Assembly: GCA_040954595.2 (NCBI GenBank)
Contig: CM082582.2
Span: 4,448,303 to 4,512,302, forward strand
From: Balanoglossus misakiensis
Lineage: Eukaryota > Animalia > Hemichordata
Length of the DNA: 64,000 bases
Direction: 5' to 3'
This document shows, piece by piece, positions 1-14,104 of this stretch (its first letter is position 1; the number at the start of each line of letters is the position of its first letter). The position numbers and the translations under genes were made by a program. The notes under the pieces were generated by a model. That model did no database searches. It was not told where the DNA came from and saw only the letters and a list, made by a program, of their open reading frames with translations.

Positions 1-158
1 CAGAAATTCACAAGTGAGTTGACACTAGTGTTTTCAGAATAAAAAAATAAAATGTAGCTTTTCTTCCGAAAAGCAAAACACCTACGAGTTTTGTCTGTGA
101 GTATGTTTTCCCTCGCGCGGTGAGTCGCTCATGCGTAGATATTATGCTGTATGCTTAA

Positions 159-480
159 AGGGACAAAGTCTCTCCCTCACTGCCCTTTTTCTATAAATTA
201 TGTTTGATACAAGACACCATTTATGTTATTCTACATGTGGATATATAGTGAATCAGCCTTTGGCCACACACAACTTCCATCCCGTTTGTAGGATATGACA
301 GTAAAAATCTCGCCAAAATGAATAAACGGTAGAGACCAATTATTCATTTTGGTGAGTTTTTCACTCTCGTGTCTACAAGTGGGATGGAAGTTGTGTGTGG
401 TTGAATGTTGATTCACTATATATCCACATATAGAATAACATTAACAGTGTCTTGTATCAAACATAAATAATGAAAAAAAT
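159..480. mobile_element. MITE, TTAA-flanked (Kolobok/piggyBac-like), right end eroded
   Basis: TTAA|AGGGACAAAGTC...TTATGTTTGATACAAGACAC at the left, with inverted GTGTCTTGTATCAAACATAA near 447-467. Same family as 38276-38427. Confidence 0.55.
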
Positions 481-699
481 ACTTGATCTGTACCGCAGTC
501 TTTTCAGCCTGCCCTGTCACCTTACTGTTTTTCCTGACCAGTACTTTCTGTAATAGCTTTTTTCTTTGTCAGTCTCACATATTGTATAATATTTACTTAC
601 CCGATACTTTGGTGCCACAAACTCGACTAGTTCTTAGGAACTACCTTTGTGGCCCCTGCCAGAAATTGTCTTTATTTTCTATTGTATTCCCCCCGCTGC

Positions 700-1363
700 A
701 AAGAGTCCATGTAATATTCACAATTCTTTCGCGCACGTCATGTTTGTAGTGAACAGAATTATCGTGATGGGCATATAGATGCCATGAGAACTTGGTTTGT
801 TGCAACATTGCATTTTTCGGCAATTTTATCTATTTGGTCAAAAATCTGACGACAAGACAGGGACTTATTCAGGGAGAATAGAGAAATACAAATAAAGAAA
901 GTGGTGGAGAAGATCTTGATGCAGTAATTTGTACTCACACTCAATGGTGATCAGCGCTTCACCGCAGAAATCGAGCGCGCGGTCGAATCTCTGCGACAAG
1001 TTTAAGGTGAGGAACTCGCCAAACATTTGATTGTCTTATTCACTAGAGCAGACCTCCTGGAAGATGACGAGAAGATGCTGGGAGAAGACGACGACTGCCC
1101 ACGTTACTTAAGAGACTTACTCACCGCATGTGACAATCGTTACATGCGTTTTGATAACAAATTAACAGATGAGAATAGAAAGTTAAGTCAGCAGATAAAC
1201 CTAGTCTGTATATGATTAAGCAGGTGAAGGAGAAAGACACAAAAGGAAGCAAATATGATGGGTCGAGTAAGGGAACGTTTAAGACGGGTGATGAGTCTTT
1301 TCCGAGTGAAGGAAATACAGGATGTGGATGGCCTATGGCTACTCATACTGGAACAAGTGATTC
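700..1363 (+). pseudogene. Degenerate AIG1/GIMAP GTPase domain
   Basis: VLTLNGDQRFTAEIERAVESLRQV*GEELAKHLIVLFTRADLL...LLTACDNRYMRFDNK parallels the downstream GIMAP. In-frame TAA at 1003-1005 and apparent frameshifts. GT donor after 1363. Start coordinate approximate. Confidence 0.75.
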
Positions 1364-1537
1364 GTAAGTTTGAATTCGATTTAATACGAGTACTTCTTTA
1401 TCATAAAATATAAAAAAAAATATGAAAAAAAGCAGCATTGCATTGTGTCATTAAACTTACTATTAAGTTGTTAGTGGTCTTTAGGAGTAATAGAATTATA
1501 TCTTTAAGACACTTTGTTTCCCTCTTTCTACAGGGCC

Positions 1538-2275
1538 ATGGCTAAAAGTCTGACGCTTGCTATAGTCGGTCCAGCAGGCAGCGGCAAGAGTGCCACATGC
1601 AACACTATACTGGAAAGAAAAGCGTTTACCAGTCGACGTTCAATGGCTTCAACTACCAAACAGACTGTGTCAGCAGAATGCATCAAAGGGAGACGCATCA
1701 CCGTAATTGACACACCGCCACTTCCAGACAGTCGTGGAGAGGTAACTTGCGAGACGCTGTCCAGAGAAATGAAACGTTGCATGGACATTGCAACAGAGGG
1801 AGACCGTAAAGGTCTTGACGCCATCATACTCACATTAAATGCAAATGATCGTTTTACGCAGGAAAGTATTAATGGTATTGAATTTGTTCGCAATTTGTTT
1901 GGGCAGAAGTTTGTCAATTTCTTGATTATAGTTTTTACAAGGAAAGATCAGTTTGATTCAGAGGATGTAAACCTTAGTCAGTCCTTGTACAGCGACGAAA
2001 CCCCTGATTTTCTGAAGTCTTTGTTCAAAGATTGTAATAACCGTGTCCTTGCGTTCGATAACAAAGCCGACGAAGATGAAAAGGGAAGTAAAGTAAAAGA
2101 CCTCGTTACAATGGTCGAGGCATTGGAAATGGAGAATAATGATTCCTTGAGTGTTGATATCATGCACAATTACAAACATGCAGTCCAGGAGTATAAAAAG
2201 GCAAGTGCAGAAATGGAGCAAAAAGCGAAGAAAGTAGAACAAGGTGCTTTGGGAAAAACATGCTCTGTTTCATAA
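1538..2275 (+). CDS. GIMAP/IAN (AIG1-type) GTPase with C-terminal CaaX-like CSVS
   Basis: G1 GPAGSGKS, G3 VIDTP, the conserved RFT box, IVFTRKD (G4) and RVLAFDNK. AG acceptor at 1532-1533, ATG at 1538. Confidence 0.9.
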   Translation: MAKSLTLAIVGPAGSGKSATCNTILERKAFTSRRSMASTTKQTVSAECIKGRRITVIDTPPLPDSRGEVTCETLSREMKRCMDIATEGDRKGLDAIILTLNANDRFTQESINGIEFVRNLFGQKFVNFLIIVFTRKDQFDSEDVNLSQSLYSDETPDFLKSLFKDCNNRVLAFDNKADEDEKGSKVKDLVTMVEALEMENNDSLSVDIMHNYKHAVQEYKKASAEMEQKAKKVEQGALGKTCSVS

Positions 2276-5200
2276 TTACTAGGATGTTTCACGCTTTTTA
2301 GTCGCAGTCCATGAGAATATATGTGGTGTCTTCGTGGGCACAATTTAAACCGAGGACACGGTTTGTCTTATTTGTGTAAATATTAGAAATATTGAAAAAA
2401 GCCAACATTTAAATTGGTGTACACTTTAGGAATCATGCATTTGTGAGTATTCGACGTGAGTAAACGAGAGTAAGATCATATATTCAACTAGAATGTGATA
2501 AATGCTTCTGGCGTGGCTGTAAACTCTAGCCACACGTGCGTTAAATATATATGTTCACGAACTAGCGGATAGATCAACTTTGTTTCTGTATTAATCACTC
2601 ATCCCTCTCGAGATATTCCAGAACAGTAGCAATTATTGCACGGAATGTTTTAGTCTAATATCCGTATTACTACCTGTTATAGACTCCGTTTGTATGTATT
2701 TTGTCATTAGGGGTCAAAAGATACATTTGAAATATTCACTAGTCTGAATGCTTCGAATGATTCGAAATTTTCAAGGGGATATCTCAACATTATGTATGTA
2801 TACGTTTTAATGAAAATAATGCTATTCTTGTTGTCAATTTTATCAGAATAAAATATAGTAACCTATGAATATTTTTATTGATATCTCGAAAAAAATATGT
2901 TGAAACAGAATATGGCAAATTTGCCTTTTTTTCAAAAATTCAAGTCTTTTGTCCACTACCTTTATAACATTTGGTTTGTCCGGTTGTAGAAGTTTTCTTA
3001 AATAGTGTATTCCCAGAAATGAAATAGCTAGTAAATGTATTTTGGGGAATATTTCATTAATGTAATGGTAAAACTCCAAGTTGTCAGAAATTACATATTG
3101 CAGTTAGTTGAGTATAGTTTGTAGGGTACTAGGAATGTTCTTTGTCCAATTTATCCAAATTGAGACAAAAATACAACCTACCTTACTTCGTGTACACATT
3201 TAAGGGTCATGTTAGAGGGTTTGTATGAGAAATTCATTAAGATATAGTAAAAAAACATCTGTTCACAGTAAATATCACAATTTTATCTGGTCATATAGGA
3301 AGAAAGTGTCTTCAACGCTACAACGCTACATTTTGATGGTATATCAGTTAAATTGAACATTGTGTATCATTATTGATCTTGGTTGTGAAATAAAGCTCAT
3401 AACGAATAGTATAGAATACTGTACTGGTGACTTCATTAAATCTCTTTCGATAAAGCCCCAATAGCTGCCACATTTTGCATTATTTTCACGATTTTATTTT
3501 CAAACTTAGAATGGACCATTTAAATGGACTAACTGATGGGTGAACAAGATTATGGTATCAACCACTGATTGTGGCTGTACAGAATAATAAGTTAGTAACA
3601 AATTTTAATAAATGGGCGCCACACCCAATATTCAGCCGCCCATTGATAGAGTTTACAACTATTATTATAAGCTAACATTGGTGTTAGGATCTCCACAGAT
3701 TCAAAATGGTGTCGTTAGATGAATTAGGATAAGGAGATGGTTGATTTTTTTTATCGAATAAAAATATTCTAAAAGTGGCAGTTATTGGGGCTATAACGTT
3801 ATTAGCCAGAAATTTCCCGTTGACATACAATCGTTTTGAGCTTAGGGACTTTTTCACAGACTCACCGGCCGCCTTCGCAAACTTTTCTTTTATTAAATGT
3901 GCGACCTCAACGTTAAGCCGAGCCAAGCTCGGGTGGCGATCTGGAGAGTCTCGCCAGACTGGACTTATGTCCCTGTCATACACATAGCCAAACTGTTGAG
4001 GGCGCAACATTGAAACAATTCAATTGGGTCTCCTCTGGGTTGTGTCCTGTCCCCCCTTCTCTACATACTTGATGATTGTATATACTAGTATAGGTATGAT
4101 AGTAAACTGCGGGTGACAGTTAGTTTGTAGGTTGGTGGAATTTTAAAAAAAAGTTTGCAAGGCACCATCTGTAATATAAAGATATAATCAAATATTGGTT
4201 TTAAATCATTTTCTATAACATCATCTGAGGAGCTGCACACAAAAATTTATTCAGCTCTACCCAAAAACTCGAACTGCAATTTCAGATTAATTTGATCGGA
4301 TGGTCTTGAGTACCGGTGATGGATGATACAGACACACAGACATCCCCGTGTGTGAACACGGGACCTACAAAATACACTCGACATTTCACATGTGCCTTTT
4401 ATGATGCTTTATTTCTCTGATTATATTGTTCACTCACAATACAAGGTTATTGAATTGTTTTTAGTATAAACGATATTTTACCAGGTTACCTTCAGGCTTA
4501 AAGATCGCGTATCGTCCCGTGTGCAACTGCGCCGGCAAGTTCTTTGTTTATCAACATTTCTTGTACGCAAACTTTGAGAGGAATTTCGAGCAAATTGGTG
4601 CAAATTTCATGCCGGTTAAATACTTAACAGCTTTTCCAGAATTCCGACCAGTGTAAGACTCGCCTACAAAAACGTCGGTTGCATCCCCATTCTTATAAGC
4701 TTTACTTTAACGGACGGATTGGTAGCCGGAAGGATGGGATTTCTTAGCTGTTGTCAACTCGACGTATGGTAATTACCTCAAAGAGACTACTTTGGTAATT
4801 TAAAAAGCCAGTGGGTCTGACCGATAGAGTATTGGTCAGACCGACTTCTTAGCTCGGTTACAATTATCCATGCTATGCTAGTCTCTATGCGGAGAATTGA
4901 CATACGGGTCACATACGCGCAACTGCAGATGGAACGATTATTGTCCTTTGTGTTATCAAATGGGTAAGATTTTTGGATAGTTTTGGTAACAGGCATACAC
5001 AAATTTACAAAAATCTTAAGCTACGATTTTTTGTTTTAAAATCACTTGGGCGAGAAATGTTTGTTTATGGACATCTTTTCCCACTGGCACCACTGCATAT
5101 AATATGAATTTACTCACTCTTATATATGAACTATATGCACGATAATTAAAATATTCAATTTGCTAAACAACTGTAGGAACTGGAATATCTGGAAATTGTG

Positions 5201-5647
5201 GCATTAGGCCTATTATATAATTTCAAACAATTGATATAGACTGAAACCATTCACGTGGTTCTGATTACCATAAATTTTACCAACCGACCCTAATCTTGTT
5301 AGTCAAAAATGAGGATGAAGTAAAACCCATCCTTTATACGAAAATTAGCAAGAAAGTAATATATCATAGCTCTCGTGAGTAGAGGGTGTTCTGATATTGT
5401 TACCGTCTATTTGGCACTGTGAAATGTTGTTTGGATGCCTGGAAAACACACAATGAATATACCAATTCTACAAATAGCAAATTTCCCTATCTACCAACCC
5501 ATTTAAGTTGGACAAGCCTGTTATCGGAACCACGCTATTACAATGTCTTTATAATTCTGATTAATAGGTCTGTGCGCAGAAGTGTCCGTCTTCGGTCTAT
5601 CGGGAAAACTCGCATGAATTCATGAGATGATTGACAGTTCTGACCTG

Positions 5648-8617
5648 TTATGGGCATTCATATTGTAACGCCCAGCCGGTATCTGGATCATCTGGCAACT
5701 CCTGGCTATAGCCGTTGTCATCCCCAGAAATGCAGTTATGATACCCGATACGGTAGCAGTCCTTTCCAGGGCCCTGGCCAATGTACAGACCTGTGGTGGG
5801 TCCGTTAATATTACCGGGTGGAACTTTGAAACGATAATTCAGTGTGTCGTTCTGGATGCTATTTTCCAAACCATTCAATTCAAGAAAGTTAACCAATCCA
5901 GGATTGGCTCCATCGTCACCAGACTTCAGCCGACAAGACATGGAACTTGAAGTTGGTGCTAAGTTTATCAATGTCGTGTCAGGCTCGCCAACAATTTCCC
6001 CAAATGGTGGAAACCCTAAATCGATCTCTGGGTGGCCACGGCGTATTGGGCCGCTGCATTTAAACTCAATACAGGCTGCCGTCTTACTAGACAGTGCTGG
6101 AACCCGTGGATAAGGTTTTGAGTTGTCAATGCGTAGTCCATACTGTACATCTCCAACATCCGGGTGGCCGCCACCGTGACTTTCTACAACGAAGCGCTCA
6201 TTATCCATACTATCTACTAAAATCTTGATAAAGCAAGCCGTCTTTTGGTTACCTTCATAAGGGTACCAGGAATGTACAGTTCTGTCTCTTTCAATATGAG
6301 CCGAGTCGTCATGGTCGTAGTCTTCAAATTCAACTTCTATCGGACCCTTTTCAGTCTTTACAAAAGCTAGATGATTGTCATTTATGTCAGCACTATAACA
6401 CTTGCGTCTTGCCTCCCATGGGAAACGCCACAACCAATAGAATGGTCCCAGAGAGTCACGATCATCAAATCTCTCGTAATCATATTGGTCATAATATGTA
6501 TCATAGGATGGTACATCAAAGGCCATCTGTGGTGTTAGTGCTTTCATCGTGACAAACCCCGAATCATCTGTCAGTTCTGGTAAAGCGAAATCCTCAAGTA
6601 AATCACTTGGCCACTGGCTGGGATGTTTATCAGCTGGCACATTGTCAGGGTGCATTGGCGCTAAGACTTCGTCCCCATATTCAGCTCTGACGTTGACTGA
6701 AAAGAGAGTATAATTTCTTGTACAGAACGTCCACAGGCAAGCACTACCATCTTGGTCAGTCGTTGCCTTCTGGAAGAAGCTCACACGTCCATCATATTCA
6801 TCTGCAATCCTGTCTCTTTCAATAAGATCATTCGTCACAGCGGTAACCTGTGCGCCCCCTAGTGGTTGTTCCATAGACTCATCGCTATAGACCCTAACTT
6901 TAAGGTAGCAATGCCTTCTCCAAGTTTCAATTCGATCGATATTGTAGTAAGGTAGCCTGTTGAGATTGTATCCAACGACCTCAATATTACCAACTAAAAA
7001 AGTCTCTGTCTGCCGTTTTCTCCGTTTCTCTTTAACGAGCTGAAGTCCACCAATATCTTCCCATTCACCACTCATTTCATTCAAGAACCACAATCGCGGC
7101 ATAAGGGTTTCATCGTCCTCCAATTCTGATAAATCTACATTGGCCTGCTCTGCATCTAGGTACAACTTCACTGGAGCATTCACTCGAAGTGGGTTGTTGG
7201 TTGAATCTTGAAATTTCATTGAAAACATTCCGAATGTCTTAAGTGCCTGCACATTCCCCTCAACGTCACGAGTCATGAGATCACTAGCTATCACATCGAA
7301 CATTGAAGAATCTGCCGGGTCAGAGAATGCCACGGTAGCGCTGACCTCACCAGTGTAAACCGAACCATCTTCGTTATAAAATGCACCCGCTGGTATTTCT
7401 AACTCAGCAACATTGCTCTCATTTGTAAGTTGCCCCCCAAGAGGTATAACAGCTACTTCAGAAGCATTGATGGTGATTGGTGCTGGTAGGCGTTCAAGGT
7501 ATACTTGGTGATAAACACTCGTATCTTCTCCTAAAGTGAGAATTTTTGTTGCATCAACGAATAAGTTATAATTATCGCGAAATGTAACAGCCAGGCGCGT
7601 TCTTCCTTTTAACACTTCAAACGTAAACGAACCCTGAGCTGTAGTTGTTGCAACGAGTTCCCCTGCCATGTACAAATCGCCTAACGGCAAAGGAACTCCA
7701 TCGAGACCACCAACTCGCCCTCTTACGGTGATGGTACCTTTGCCACAGGGAGTACAACCACATGCAGTTACCACTTGGACAGAAATGTTGAATGTATCAC
7801 ACACAATGCTGTGTGCGTCAAATGCTACTGGGCTGCAGCACTGCTGTTCGGAGTCAGTGCACATGCTACCATCAACACTTGTGACTGGGCACTTCTTCTG
7901 AGCACATCTGCCTATGTTGTGAAAGTGTGATCCAGAATTAGCATTACCTTGGCAACCTTCAGGCAATTTCAGTAGATGCCGTTCAGGTGTAACACTGCAT
8001 GTCGTCTCTGAAGAATCTACATAAAAGATGGAGATTGTATATTGTCAGAGGAAAGATACAATGTTCACGTATGCATTGTTGAATATATATATTCTTAGTT
8101 TCAATATGTCAGGTAAGTAATTGGTAAATAATTTTAGTTGACATAGGGCCGCCAACAGAAAGTTAGAGCACAGCAAATCCCGTAAAAGGCTATATAGCTG
8201 AGTTGGGCCATCGTACCGTCTTCATGATAATGGTGAGTTCTGATTATTTGTGAGTATTTTTACTTGTACAAATATAGTAGTCACCAAAATGGACATGGCC
8301 TTATCATACCTAATACAGACAATGTAGCTGGCAATGAATAGTGTGCCCCCGTTTCACTGTTGGCTCTGCAAGTGTACACACCACTGTCAGTCTTCTTCAA
8401 TCCAGTAATGGTGAGGGTATTGTTGTAAACGTAAAATTCTTTGTCCATTATGATATCATCGTGAAACCTTTGGGGGTAAGAGAAACAACACGGATTTTTG
8501 CTAAGTATTTGAATAAAATGTGTTTTATGATTTAATCACAGTAATATCACCAATGTTAAATAGCAACCCAACTTGTGCATTGTGATACAAACTAGGCTGA
8601 TTTTTTTAACTTTCACA

Positions 8618-8687
<70 letters not shown>

Positions 8688-11600
8688 ACATCATCATCAT
8701 CATCATCATCATCAAGAATCCCCGGAAAACGCTAAAACAAACAATCAAAGAAAACTGACCTACTTCCGGGTTATTAAAACTAATGCCATATTCAATGACT
8801 GTATAAATTCGCGAAAAAAAATGAGCAAAAGGTCTTTGTCCATGTACGGGGAAACCCACCATCCATGCATTGTACGGATTACGTACCATTCATAATAATC
8901 CACGGATGGCTTAGCCACTGCATTACAACACATCGTCACACTTTGACCGACGAGTCGAACCTTGTTCTGTGGATGTTCCAACATGGCAGGGGGCTCTAAA
9001 GTGAATTAGGTTTTGATGAAAAAAAACAGAATGAGAAGTGTCTAAATGTGTGATATTTGGACATTAATTAAGAATGGCATCGAGAATGCCGAGTGGCCTA
9101 CGTCTAATACCATGTAGACCGCTTGCTTTCAGGCCAATGATCATTTCACTATTGAATTATTCTTTTTCAGTGTAATCGGTTGTTTTGGAACCGTTTGACT
9201 GCTCATGTCATTATAAATCAATATGAATTTTGTAAGACAATGCGGAAGTAATGACTTCGTTGCAAAAAGGGTTCAACAAAGATGTTATCTTCAAGTGTGC
9301 TGCAAATGAAGTACAGACTGATCATTCTGTGAGTGTTATTCTGATATTCGATATTCTTTTACAGTATCCTTAAGTTATGCAAGATATTTCTCACCTGAAC
9401 GGTAAAGGGTGATGTTTAATGTCTGTTCCCCTACATTCCTCTTCTTTCTACTTGTAAAATCTGAATTGGTCCATTGAGCGTCCACGAATTTGCTTTTTGT
9501 GAAAAGCATTGACAGCTGATCAGAGCAATAACCCACGAGATCAAAAACACCATCTGGATCGGTGGTGGCAAGAACCGCGATGGGAATGTCAGCATTGTAC
9601 ACGCTGACACCTGGCAAAGGCTTCCCGGCAACGTCAGTTACCACTCCGGATATGACCTCACCATCACAGACACAATGTACACATTGGGTATCAAGTACGC
9701 CAGATGTGCATATCTTGGAGCAATCTATTGTAAAAGAATTATTTAAACTATCACCACATAGATTATGGTTAATTGTAATAAAGCAAAAACTGTGGGTTGT
9801 ATTTTTGCTGACATAGTCACATCGTACATGTGAAAATGAGCATGTACTCATTATTTTAGCATGTGCTGGACCTCACATGAAATCTTGTTATTTTCGAATT
9901 CTTTTAAATCGTTTATGCCATGATCACAGTCATAACTTACTGTAGTAATGTAAAAATATTGATCAATAGCCACCAGTCACCACTTTGTATAATTTATGTA
10001 GTTGATGTCTAGTTACTAGTAGGCATGTTTGCAAGTTTGTAGTCTGCTGTGCCTCGTAAATATTCAATAATTATTATAACATGACGGATTTTACGCTAAC
10101 TTGTGGGGTTCGCTTTGGTATTTCTTTTGAAATTCAAATGTACGATAGCAATAGACCATTTTCCGTACTCCACGATACCCTACGAGATCTCGCGTGACTA
10201 TAGGCAATGTACACGGAAGGACATTCTGATCAGAAAATAATCCATTTCAAGAGATGTTTATGTTCGACTGCAGCTCTTTGGAATGGTAAACAAACCTGGA
10301 CAATTCCAGTCACCACATTCCTTTGATTGAACCGGATCACCAATACACGCCATGGACTCATCAGTAGAATAGCAGACTCGGGAACGAAGGCGATTTCCTC
10401 CACCACAGGTGACGTCACATGATGACCATTGACCCCATGTTAACCATCCAGTACTTCCTGAAAATTTATAAAGAATATATAATACACTTACGACCGAAAG
10501 AGGACACAGGAAAACTCCATGTCTCCCACAAGCTTTGTGTTAATTCCTTTGAGCGCAATTTGCTGACGCAGCATTTTTATGATTTCAATCTAAAAGCGCC
10601 CACATAGACATCATCAGTAACGGAAAGAACTCAAAGTGATAGTAGGAGAGACATACAATGACTCATTTGATCATGGGACTTTCCCTTTCGTTCACCCATA
10701 CGAAGAATAAATAGAGTGATGTCAGAAAACGTGGCTAATACAATACCTCTTAGATACGATGGGGGAAACTCTGGCAATGTAGGCCTAATGCCTGTCGTCA
10801 AAGGAGACATTGTGGATTCTTGAGCTTTTGGTCCTGTGGATGATTAAAAAAGAAAATGTAATATTTGACGAAGTAATAGGTGCTGAAAACACCATGAGAA
10901 GCTGTATTTAAGTCTTCAAAACACGAATTCAGAGCATTTGTTGATTAAACAATTGACAAGCAAGTTGCATTTTACACTTGCTTAGAAAATCGGTTTTTCT
11001 GTCAAGATTATCAAATATTTACAACAATTTGAAACCTCAATTAAATGATATTGCGTGATACTATATCATGATGGCACTTATTTCGACAAAATGGACTAGT
11101 GAAATATCACTACAGTCGAAATTGCCCGCATTTTAAAACAACGTGAAAATAGCAATGAAAATGCATTGTCTCGTTATGAGGTACATTTATTTCCGTGTGT
11201 TTTAGTGGATGAGATCATTCTTTTTTTTGTCAAAGTTCCAAAGAGGTGAATGCGTCGTTTTTTATATTTTATCAAGGCACTCGCGTTGAAGCTAACCCAT
11301 AGATTGTCCCAAATAGTTGATTGGCTTTGGTGGAGCCCAAATTTCCTTAAAGCCTGCATGTTAGCCCCGATATGAAAATATTTCGTTTAACGCTCAATAT
11401 CTGAGGCATTGACTTTCAGGTATTTGTTAACACATATAACTAAATTGAAGAGGTTTCGTCTTTAATATGAACAAACCTAATTTGAACTCCGTAAACCGAA
11501 GGAATATGGTCAGTCCGACTTCTTCGAATTACACACATACACAAGAGTTTATTTGTGTTGAAAAATATGTGTTGAAAATAAGTCGTTTCAACACATACTT

Positions 11601-13293
11601 TTCAACACAAATCACAGTATTGCTACGTACATCAACTCATTTCCCTTTACTGAATGGCTTATCAGAAATTATATTATAGCTTTATCAATACCAGTGAATT
11701 TTGTGACGTCATAGCTATACATTATTACTGATAATGTATCGTGTTATTCGATGGACGCGCGACGCGCCCAAGAACCAGTGGACGTGTACAATTTCTGACT
11801 GAATAACGGAAGTTTTCAGACAATGCGAACATTTAGAGGGCTAAAAAAAGAAATGCAAACGTACACAGAATAAATACGGCGATATTTATTAATTTCCAAA
11901 TCTGTCCTCGACTGGCGTTTTGTTTATTTTGTCTTCCTACGGCTGCAGTACATGTCGTCTGCTCTTGAATCACGCGCAGTCAACATGGCTCGCTCACGCA
12001 CGTAAAGCAAACCTCTCCATGATGCTGGATTTGACATTCGTTCACCATACATACCGTGTACCATGTACCAAGCAGTCATGTTAACGAAGCTATACGTAAA
12101 AAAAATATGCCGCAAGTGTCACTTGTCATGTTGTCTACGCGGTACGGAGGGTCGATCGAGGGCGAGTTCGTTTATGTATTGCAACCTTCCGAGCGCCCGT
12201 ATACGTGAACTTTCCTGAGAACGCAAACGAATTCAAATATTCCCCGAGTCCTCCCCAAGATTACACAAAAATCGAAACTTTTTCAGATATATTTCAGCAG
12301 AACCCTTAAATGAATTTTCACATGCGTTAATAAACCTTCACTATTTATTTCCTGATGTTGAATATGATATTAGAAATGTACAGTACACTGTCACACCGCG
12401 ATCAGGTGACCTTTTGTTTACGCGTACGCCATTGCTCTGTTCTCGATCTCCGTGTCCGAGTCTGAATTGTTCGCACCTATACTTTTTGAAGTCTGCAAAT
12501 TCACTGGCATTGACAAAACTATAAAATAATGAGAATAATGAACGCCCCAAAGACCCATAATGGACTCAAGCACACATTGTGCTCCATAATATACTCGGCT
12601 TCGCCTCGTATATTATGACGCACAATGTGTGCTTTCGTCCATTATGGGTCTTTTTGGCGTTCATTATTCTCTAAATATCGTTTGTATTAATGAATAAATG
12701 ACATTGAAGTTTATTATTGAACACACTGAGGGGCAAGATCTCCACCCTGCTTCACATCGTTAGTAGCGGTAATTTGGTAAAGAACACCACCATCGAATAG
12801 ATATGTTTTTGGTTCTATACTATGATAGCAAGTATATAAAAAAACGCGGGGGTTCATTACGAGTCATCAAATTCTTGAATAATGTCCGATGGTTAACATG
12901 ATCGAACGCTTTATATTAGACGCAAACAAAACTCCGGGCTTCGTCTAAAAAGCAGTGAGCAGATTCCACGGACAGACAACAATGACACCCATTATATGTG
13001 AACATGTCTGAAAGGTATGGAAGCAGATATGGAACCCATGTTATACCGTTGACAGGAAATGAAAAAGTAACAAAATAATGAAAACTTCTTTCCTTTCAAC
13101 ACTTACCTCCATAGTTATCTTTCCTTGACAAAAAGTAACCAAGAGTACCCGATCCTACAGCAAGTACAAAAACAACCAAACCCACAATTAGGCATTTTTT
13201 CCTACACGTATTATTTCCTGATCTAGGTTTGTTGTGTGGAACAATTGATGAATCCTGTATTTCAGGAGAAACGTTGTCTGGTGCAACTTTCAT
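5648..13293 (-). CDS. CILP-like protein (TM - TSP1 - carboxypeptidase-regulatory-like - Ig - CILP C-terminal region), ~1133 aa, 7 exons
   Basis: Exons 13293-13107, 10833-10747, 10457-10296 (TSP1 WLTWGQWSSCDVTCGGG), 9724-9395, 8995-8887 and 8467-8310 (Ig, DSGVYTC), 8016-5648. Total 3402 nt, in frame. CILP motifs LKTFGMFS, LWFLNEMSGEWE, furin site RRKR, HCYLKVRVY and ACIEFKCSG. Confidence 0.88.
8620..8713. repeat. (ACC)n(ATC)n microsatellite in a CILP-like intron
   Basis: Directly visible trinucleotide run. Confidence 0.95.
11552..11610. repeat. Short inverted repeat
   Basis: TTTGTGTTGAAAA..TGTGTTGAAA / TTTCAACACA..TTTTCAACACAAA. Confidence 0.6.
12531..12671. mobile_element. Palindromic MITE (~140-bp hairpin)
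   Basis: GAGAATAATGAACGCC...GGCGTTCATTATTCTC arms, with a central CGGCTTCGCCTCG. Confidence 0.7.
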
Positions 13294-14104
13294 TCTGTCT
13301 AGTGTCCTTGTGTATGGTGCCTCTGTACAGCGCGCATTTATATGTTGTCAAGGTGTCACGGTAACAAAAGTTCTTTCTATGCTAATTGGACATTAAGGAA
13401 ATCGCGCCTCTATCATTTCAGTTGTCCACGCAGGTTTCTGCGCAGTGTTAAAAGTTAAATTTTAGTTTCAGTGTTTTTCAAACAGTGTAGTGCTGTGAGG
13501 TTATTTTTGTATATACGATGTATTTGGGACTGAAAATTTCGGCGTTTGGAATACTGTTGGTTGATATAGCAACCAAACCCTTTTGTAGCCTATCAGGCTG
13601 TTGAAGATGCCCGAAAGCCATGTTTAACTTCCTGTGTCTCAACAAGTTGCGTGGTGACTCCATATTTTTTGCCTTAAATTGATTTGATATATTTCAAACA
13701 AGGTATCTACCAAGTTTTAAAAAGTTCAAGTCTGGAAGTAGTAAAAATATAATAAGTGGAATTTTAGGCAATTCTGTATTTAATTTAACAGTTGTATTGA
13801 TACGCGATTATCATACTGAACAAGAAAAAATCTCAAAATTGCTAAAAGCAAAATATTCAGTAAGTTAACTTCTATAATGGTAATAAAAAATAAGACGACC
13901 CTCCCCAAATACTTATTTATGAAGCCATTTTACAAAGGTCTATGAACACAGTCTGGCAAAAGCTGGAAGAGGTACTAGATAGGGAGCGCTTTTCCCAAAA
14001 ATCCAGCTTGTTGACCCCCCCCCCCCCCCATTTTTTATTCCATAGATGAAATGGTTAGAAGCCATAGTATCATCAGTATTAATTTCAACATGATCAGACG
14101 ACCT

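Noticed and set aside
3684-4010. 108-aa minus-strand ORF
   Set aside because: No recognisable motif or splice context; probably spurious or a repeat fragment.
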